From: Bacteriovoracaceae bacterium
GTDB taxonomy: Bacteria > Bdellovibrionota > Bacteriovoracia > Bacteriovoracales > Bacteriovoracaceae
Assembly (NCBI GenBank): GCA_041586955.1
Contig: JBFGZE010000098.1
Coordinates: forward strand, 1-10,934
Reading direction: 5' to 3'
Length of the DNA: 10,934 nt
Shown here piece by piece: positions 6,679-10,934 of the stretch (position 1 is its first letter; every line of letters starts with the position of its first letter). The notes under the pieces were generated by a model that had not been told where the DNA came from, ran no database searches, and saw only the letters and a program-made list of their open reading frames with translations. The translations under genes were made by a program, and so were the position numbers.

Positions 6679-7833
6679 CTAAGAATTAAGATAAACAGCA
6701 CTGCGAATTGAGACTCCACCAAGATGGGGAATAATAACGATATCACCATAACTGGCATTCACAATCTCTTCCCCATTAGTATTGAACATAGAGTTAAGAT
6801 GAGTCAATTTGGCCTTCCCCTCAGGTGTTTGGATGCGAATTTCATCACCTAACGATATGCTTTCGTTAGGGTTTTTTAAATGGATGGCGATGGACTCTTT
6901 TTTCATAACATCCATCACTTCACCTAAAAATCCAGTCTCTCGCCGGCGCAATTGAGCGTTTTTTAATTTTTTAAAAAGCACGTCTGACTTATTAGCGGAG
7001 AAAAATCCGCGAATGGCGTGAGCGGGATAACGCTCCTTAATTTCTGCTAAAAGCTCTCCTTCTCCACGCAACATGGCGGCCAAGGGAGAGGCCAGATCAA
7101 AGCAATTGCCTTGGCGTAAATCAAAACGGAAGGCCCTAAGGCCCAATTCCTTCACTTCTTGCCATTTATCAAGAAGAGAAAAGTCTTTGGGGTTAAACAT
7201 AAAAGTACCATGGCGATTTTCGAGAACTTTAAAACCAGAATGGGGGGACTCCTCAGATTTTCCCATGACCTGATACGCTTCTTCACCGACCGCATCGGGA
7301 AAAAGAGGCTTGATCAAACTACGAGGTGAATAAAATAATAAAATGGGAGTTAAGAGTGGCCACTCAATGGGCACGGGGACCTTTTGAGTATACTGGGCCA
7401 TTAATTGTCCTGGTAATTCAAAAGACAGGATCAACCGCTCTAAGCGCTCTCCGACGGCATTAACCCAATTTAAAATGCCAACTAAATTATGATTCCCCGA
7501 CTCCAAATTCAATTGAATGGGATGAGTGGTTTTTTCTAAGACATATTCTAAAGCACCAGGGTCCTGGACCCGAATTGCATCAAAACAACTTAAGTCCATT
7601 GAATGGAATTCACCCAAAGATATTTCAAAAATATTTTGAGTCATTAAGATATCCCAGTCCAAAACAGTTTTAAGTCCGGCCTTTTGAGCTTTTTGCGCCA
7701 GCGCTTTGGCCTGTGACGGCGTTAATTCGCCGAACCGACTTAGGCCTTTGGTACCGATAATCACTTCGTTAAAATTGGCGGCAATAAGATGATCGAGATC
7801 CTCTTCACTACGGATGGGGGCTGTTAAAATCAT
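6679..7833 (-). CDS. Peptidase U32 family protein, Cys-motif-less YrrN/TrhP1-like subunit with C-terminal U32_C-like beta domain
   Basis: DAIRVQDPG, LILSFEL, LFYSPRSLI and ENRHGTFMFNPKDFSL match the YrrN-type pattern. Only two Cys and no Fe-S motif. Start overlaps the upstream stop (ATGA at 7830-7833). Confidence 0.8.
   Translation of the reverse strand: MILTAPIRSEEDLDHLIAANFNEVIIGTKGLSRFGELTPSQAKALAQKAQKAGLKTVLDWDILMTQNIFEISLGEFHSMDLSCFDAIRVQDPGALEYVLEKTTHPIQLNLESGNHNLVGILNWVNAVGERLERLILSFELPGQLMAQYTQKVPVPIEWPLLTPILLFYSPRSLIKPLFPDAVGEEAYQVMGKSEESPHSGFKVLENRHGTFMFNPKDFSLLDKWQEVKELGLRAFRFDLRQGNCFDLASPLAAMLRGEGELLAEIKERYPAHAIRGFFSANKSDVLFKKLKNAQLRRRETGFLGEVMDVMKKESIAIHLKNPNESISLGDEIRIQTPEGKAKLTHLNSMFNTNGEEIVNASYGDIVIIPHLGGVSIRSAVYLNS
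6699..6785 (-). repeat. Right arm of the degenerate direct repeat (intact copy inside the U32 gene 3' end)
   Basis: Shared exact blocks with 1046-1128 include CACTGCGAA, GGAATAATAA, TATCACCATAA and ATTAGTAT (plus strand). Confidence 0.9.
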
Positions 7834-9029
7834 GCCTGTCCTCCTAAGCGAATGAGATTAAAGTATTTGGCATTTTTCATAGGGGGCAGTTTCACCAAAG
7901 TCCCAGGCCGTGTGTATTCAACCTGTCGATTGGCAAGGTCTTTAATTTCAGTGGCGGTAAATAATGTACTGGCCCCAGAGAAAGGAATGATTTCTAAGCG
8001 GTCATTTGGAGTGAAGCGGCTGCGCACTTCAACCAAAGTATGATCGTCAGTGGCCTCAAGCACCATACCAGCGATCGTAAACTCGCTGTTATTATGTTCT
8101 CTTTCGGCATAGATTGAATCCTCACCGGCCTTCTCTTTTAAAGAGGCCAAGGTATAATCCCGGTGAGTCACTTTTTCCAATTCCTCTTCCCATCGTAAAA
8201 GGTCATCACTTAATAAATGCCCTTGCTGCTGATAATATCGCAAGGCCTCACCATAAACCTTAGAGATAGTCCCGACATAATGATGGGACTTCATTCTCCC
8301 CTCCACCTTGAGAGAGTCGATTCCTGCATCGATAAAATCCTGTAGAACACGGAGCCCTTCTAGATCTTTGGAGCTCATAAAAAAAGCCTTTTTCTGTTCA
8401 AGACTATTTTCTTCTCCCAAAGAATATTCAAATCGACAACTATGAGCACAACCGCCGCGATTAGAGTCACGGCCTTGAGTATAGTTGGAGATCACACAAT
8501 TTCCGGAATAGGCCATGCACATGGAACCGTGAATAAACATTTCCAATTCCAGACCAGTTGCCTCTTTGATGGCCCGCGCTTCATCAATGGAAACTTCGCG
8601 ACCCAAAACAATACGAGTCACCCCCATCTTCTTCCACCATTGAGCGGCATAAGTATTCAAGCACGAGGCCTGAGTGGAAAGGTGGACGGGAATATGGCAA
8701 TTTTGGCGCACCGTTTGGATGACACCTAAATCTGAAATGATAAGGGCATCGACTTTCGCCTTTTCCAAATGTTGAAGAAAGGATGGGAGCTCTTCAATTT
8801 CTTTATCATGAAGAAAGGAATTAAGAACGACATAGACCTTAGCGTCTCGGGAATGGGCAAATTCACAGGCCTCAAGGATTTCTTCGTAGGTAAAATTATC
8901 AGCGGCGGAGCGCAGGCCAAATTTTTGCCCACCCAAATAGACAGCATTGGCGCCATACATAATTGCGACTTTTAACTTTTCTAAACTACCGGCCGGTGCC
9001 AATAATTCTGGGGTCCAATATGCCTTCAT
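7830..9029 (-). CDS. trhP: Peptidase U32 family Fe-S protein, probable tRNA U34 hydroxylation protein (TrhP/YegQ/YrrO-like)
   Basis: PELLAPAG, HLSTQA, EMFIHGSMC-x6-C-x15-C-x3-C (CMAYSGNC...RDSNRGGCAHSCR), MSSKDL, SLKVEGRMKS and a C-terminal beta domain. RBS AAGGA upstream. Confidence 0.85.
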   Translation of the reverse strand: MKAYWTPELLAPAGSLEKLKVAIMYGANAVYLGGQKFGLRSAADNFTYEEILEACEFAHSRDAKVYVVLNSFLHDKEIEELPSFLQHLEKAKVDALIISDLGVIQTVRQNCHIPVHLSTQASCLNTYAAQWWKKMGVTRIVLGREVSIDEARAIKEATGLELEMFIHGSMCMAYSGNCVISNYTQGRDSNRGGCAHSCRFEYSLGEENSLEQKKAFFMSSKDLEGLRVLQDFIDAGIDSLKVEGRMKSHHYVGTISKVYGEALRYYQQQGHLLSDDLLRWEEELEKVTHRDYTLASLKEKAGEDSIYAEREHNNSEFTIAGMVLEATDDHTLVEVRSRFTPNDRLEIIPFSGASTLFTATEIKDLANRQVEYTRPGTLVKLPPMKNAKYFNLIRLGGQA

Positions 9030-9122
9030 CTCTATCCTTTAACATTCGATGCTTTGTGGTAACAAATTTTTCCGATACAATAAAGGGGTACATGAGAATT
9101 TGCCAAGGAAGCGGCGCGCAAA
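9030..9122. promoter_or_regulatory. Divergent promoter region with candidate overlapping sigma70 promoters
   Basis: 93-bp gap between divergent genes. Plus strand: TTGTGG (9054-9059)-16 nt-TACAAT (9076-9081). Minus strand: TTGGCA (9106-9101)-18 nt-TATTGT (9082-9077). Confidence 0.4.
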
Positions 9123-10259
9123 ATGAACAAATGGAAAGCTCTTTTATTGATTGTCTTAGTGGTTGTCGGTTATTTCACTACTCGCTTGGCAATTAATATT
9201 TGGAAAAACCCCATCATGGCGCGCCCCTACCCCTATACTTTTCCTAGCTTAGAACCAAAAATGGTCCGGCGTGCCTCTAATGCGAATATTCTCCTACTTG
9301 GGGATGAACAAGCGGTGGAGCTCAATAATTTTAAAACGCAAATCCTAGCTGGTTTATCAAAGAATTTGACCACACCTCTTAAATTCGTCAATTGGGCAGA
9401 AGAGGGAGAGGGCCTACACCGCACTTTGACAAAATTGCAATCTTTATCAAAAATACCTGATTTAGTCATTTATCTTGGTGGTTCGCAGGAGTTCTTTGAA
9501 GAACGCTTCCCCCTTAAAGACTATCAACAAATCCGTCATAATTTGCAGGCCTTTAATAATGAAGTAAAGTCTTCGATCATGATGATTTTGCCCTTTACTT
9601 CTAAGTTTTTCTATCGGCCGGTCAAAACTGTGGCCTTACCAAAAAGGCCCGTTTCGATCACACACCCTGATGATGCCAAATCTTTTTATGATCAATTATT
9701 GATTGAATTAACACTCGCCTATTTTAAGATAGGATGGGATGATTTCACCCGCGAAATTAAGGAAAGTAAAAAGAAATTATTAGTCATCACCCCACCACTT
9801 AATATTGACCTGGCCCCACAAAAAACCTGCCTGGATGCCAACTCTCCTGCCATCAAAAAAAAGCAAGAACAAATCAAAACTCTTTTAGAACAATCTCGCT
9901 CCAAAGAGGCCCTGCCTATCGCTCTGGATACGCTGGCCCTTAATCCGATCAATGCTCAAAGCTTCTTCCTCCTCGGGCAAGTTTATAAATCCATGGGAGA
10001 TTTCAAAAAGGCCAAGTCGCAACTATACCGATCCCAAATTTATGACTGCCGCCCACCACAAGGAACAATCCTGATCAATAAATTATTGGTAGAACGCGCG
10101 GAACATTTTAATTTCTCAATTATTGATTTTAATATAGACCTCAATAAGAAATTTGGCAGAGAACCACTTTTTATTTCTCAATTTGGGGTGCAGCAAATGT
10201 ATTATGAACAATTGGCGAATGGGGTTCGTTTAAAAATTAAATCCATTTTAGATCTATAG
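9123..10259 (+). CDS. Membrane-anchored degenerate SGNH/GDSL-like protein with TPR motif
   Basis: N-terminal hydrophobic helix. SGNH-like blocks ILLLGDEQA, VNWAEEGEG and DLVIYLGGSQE. TPR ALALNPINAQSFFLLGQVYKSMGDFKKAKSQLYRS. Confidence 0.75.
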   Translation: MNKWKALLLIVLVVVGYFTTRLAINIWKNPIMARPYPYTFPSLEPKMVRRASNANILLLGDEQAVELNNFKTQILAGLSKNLTTPLKFVNWAEEGEGLHRTLTKLQSLSKIPDLVIYLGGSQEFFEERFPLKDYQQIRHNLQAFNNEVKSSIMMILPFTSKFFYRPVKTVALPKRPVSITHPDDAKSFYDQLLIELTLAYFKIGWDDFTREIKESKKKLLVITPPLNIDLAPQKTCLDANSPAIKKKQEQIKTLLEQSRSKEALPIALDTLALNPINAQSFFLLGQVYKSMGDFKKAKSQLYRSQIYDCRPPQGTILINKLLVERAEHFNFSIIDFNIDLNKKFGREPLFISQFGVQQMYYEQLANGVRLKIKSILDL

Positions 10260-10268
10260 GAAGTTATT

Positions 10269-10718
10269 ATGGCGGAATTAGAAGGACCATTAACCCGAAA
10301 TTATAAGAAAGGTGATATCGTCTGTGTTAAAGGTGAAGAAGAGAATGACCTTTATCTCATTCACTCTGGTAAGCTTTTAGTTTTTCTCAGCAAGGGTACC
10401 CAAATTACACCTCTGGCCTATCTCAACGCCGGTGAATACTTTGGAGAATTGTCCTTTTTTGATGGGGAAAAAAGAAGCGCCCACGTCGCCTGTATTGAGC
10501 CCAGTACTTTGATACAGATTCCCATACTCGAACTAGAACGCCAATGTCCGAGTTGGTTAGTGACTGTCGCGACATCTATCACCGATCGTATCCGCCGCCT
10601 AGATCAATTAATCGGAGATAAAGGGATTCGTAAGAAAAAGGTAGAGACGATTTCTCCCCTATCCATTGATGAACAACGACTTTTTTACCAAGCACTACAG
10701 AACCATCAAGCGAATTAA
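10269..10718 (+). CDS. Stand-alone cyclic nucleotide-binding domain protein (no HTH)
   Basis: YKKGDIVCVKGE...LYLIHSG...GEYFGELSFFDGEKRSA: an intact phosphate-binding cassette. 149 aa, 9 nt downstream of the previous gene. Confidence 0.92.
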   Translation: MAELEGPLTRNYKKGDIVCVKGEEENDLYLIHSGKLLVFLSKGTQITPLAYLNAGEYFGELSFFDGEKRSAHVACIEPSTLIQIPILELERQCPSWLVTVATSITDRIRRLDQLIGDKGIRKKKVETISPLSIDEQRLFYQALQNHQAN

Positions 10719-10847
10719 TTCATTATAACTGGACCATATAAATGGTGTTAAAACTTCGAGAAAGTATTTCACCACTCGGCTACAAGACCCTATATTTATA
10801 GCTATTTGCACATAATAAATCAGGGTAAGCATTGCACTTCGCTTAGT

Positions 10848-10934
10848 ATGAATCTGTACTGCCCCCAAAAGTTGTGTCAAAATCCAAGCTCCATTGTTAA
10901 AGATGGGTTCTTTAAGCGCAATTGTGATGCGAAG
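10848..10934 (+). CDS. Probable N-terminus of a zinc-ribbon (IS1/IS1595-like) transposase; runs off the window
   Basis: Hand translation MNLYCPQKLCQNPSSIVKDGFFKRNCDAK: a CP-x3-C knuckle followed by IVKDG, as in the C-P-x-C...I-V-K-x-G...QRYxCxxC ribbon. Only 29 codons are visible. Confidence 0.5.
   Translation, partial: MNLYCPQKLCQNPSSIVKDGFFKRNCDAK

Larger units (their letters stand above)
1046..6785. mobile_element. Putative old genomic islet inserted at the 3' end of the YrrN-like U32 gene, bounded by degenerate direct repeats; no integrase recognised
   Basis: Direct repeat 1046-1128 / 6699-6785 encloses the accessory three-gene operon and a decayed AT-rich region, and separates the U32 pair from proB. 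Confidence 0.55.

Noticed and set aside
6679..9029. Collagenase/protease, or UbiU-UbiV ubiquinone hydroxylase pair
   Set aside because: Characterised U32 proteins of this type are Fe-S hydroxylation factors. UbiV carries four Fe-S Cys, which the 384-aa protein lacks, and no ubiT is adjacent.
1298..9952. Short 61-95 aa ORFs in the track that lie within or largely overlap the long genes
   Set aside because: Shadow or alternative-frame ORFs of well-supported genes, with no motifs.
10695..10934. Minus-strand open frame (80 codons to the window edge) as the 3' end of a gene
   Set aside because: No recognisable motif, it overlaps the cNMP gene end, and it conflicts with the more convincing plus-strand zinc-ribbon start. 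It is not fully excluded.
1..10934. CRISPR array, tRNA/rRNA, integrase, riboswitch
   Set aside because: No regularly spaced repeats, cloverleaf, recombinase motifs or recognisable riboswitch consensus were seen by eye.

Overview
AT-rich bacterial window. The stand-alone cNMP-binding gene, the degenerate SGNH/TPR membrane protein and the transposase-like start suggest Bdellovibrionota/Bacteriovoracia, but that is inference only. The housekeeping backbone on the minus strand is a translationally coupled pair of peptidase-U32-family genes (TrhP/YrrO-like, then YrrN-like) and proB, which runs off the left edge. Between them lies a three-gene operon for exported proteins: (1) a 487-aa secreted, probably all-alpha protein with a YWYSRYNL motif; (2) a 404-aa Cyc2-like monoheme cytochrome c-porin fusion; (3) a 663-aa lipoprotein that is a paralog of gene 1 fused to a C-terminal monoheme cytochrome c. 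This looks like an uncharacterised outer-membrane redox module. It is bracketed by a decayed direct repeat of the 3' end of the second U32 gene (1046-1128 vs 6699-6785, 68 identities in 87 columns by hand alignment), which points to an old insertion into that gene's 3' end. The plus strand carries a pseudo-SGNH/TPR membrane protein, a cNMP-binding protein and, at the right edge, a probable transposase N-terminus.
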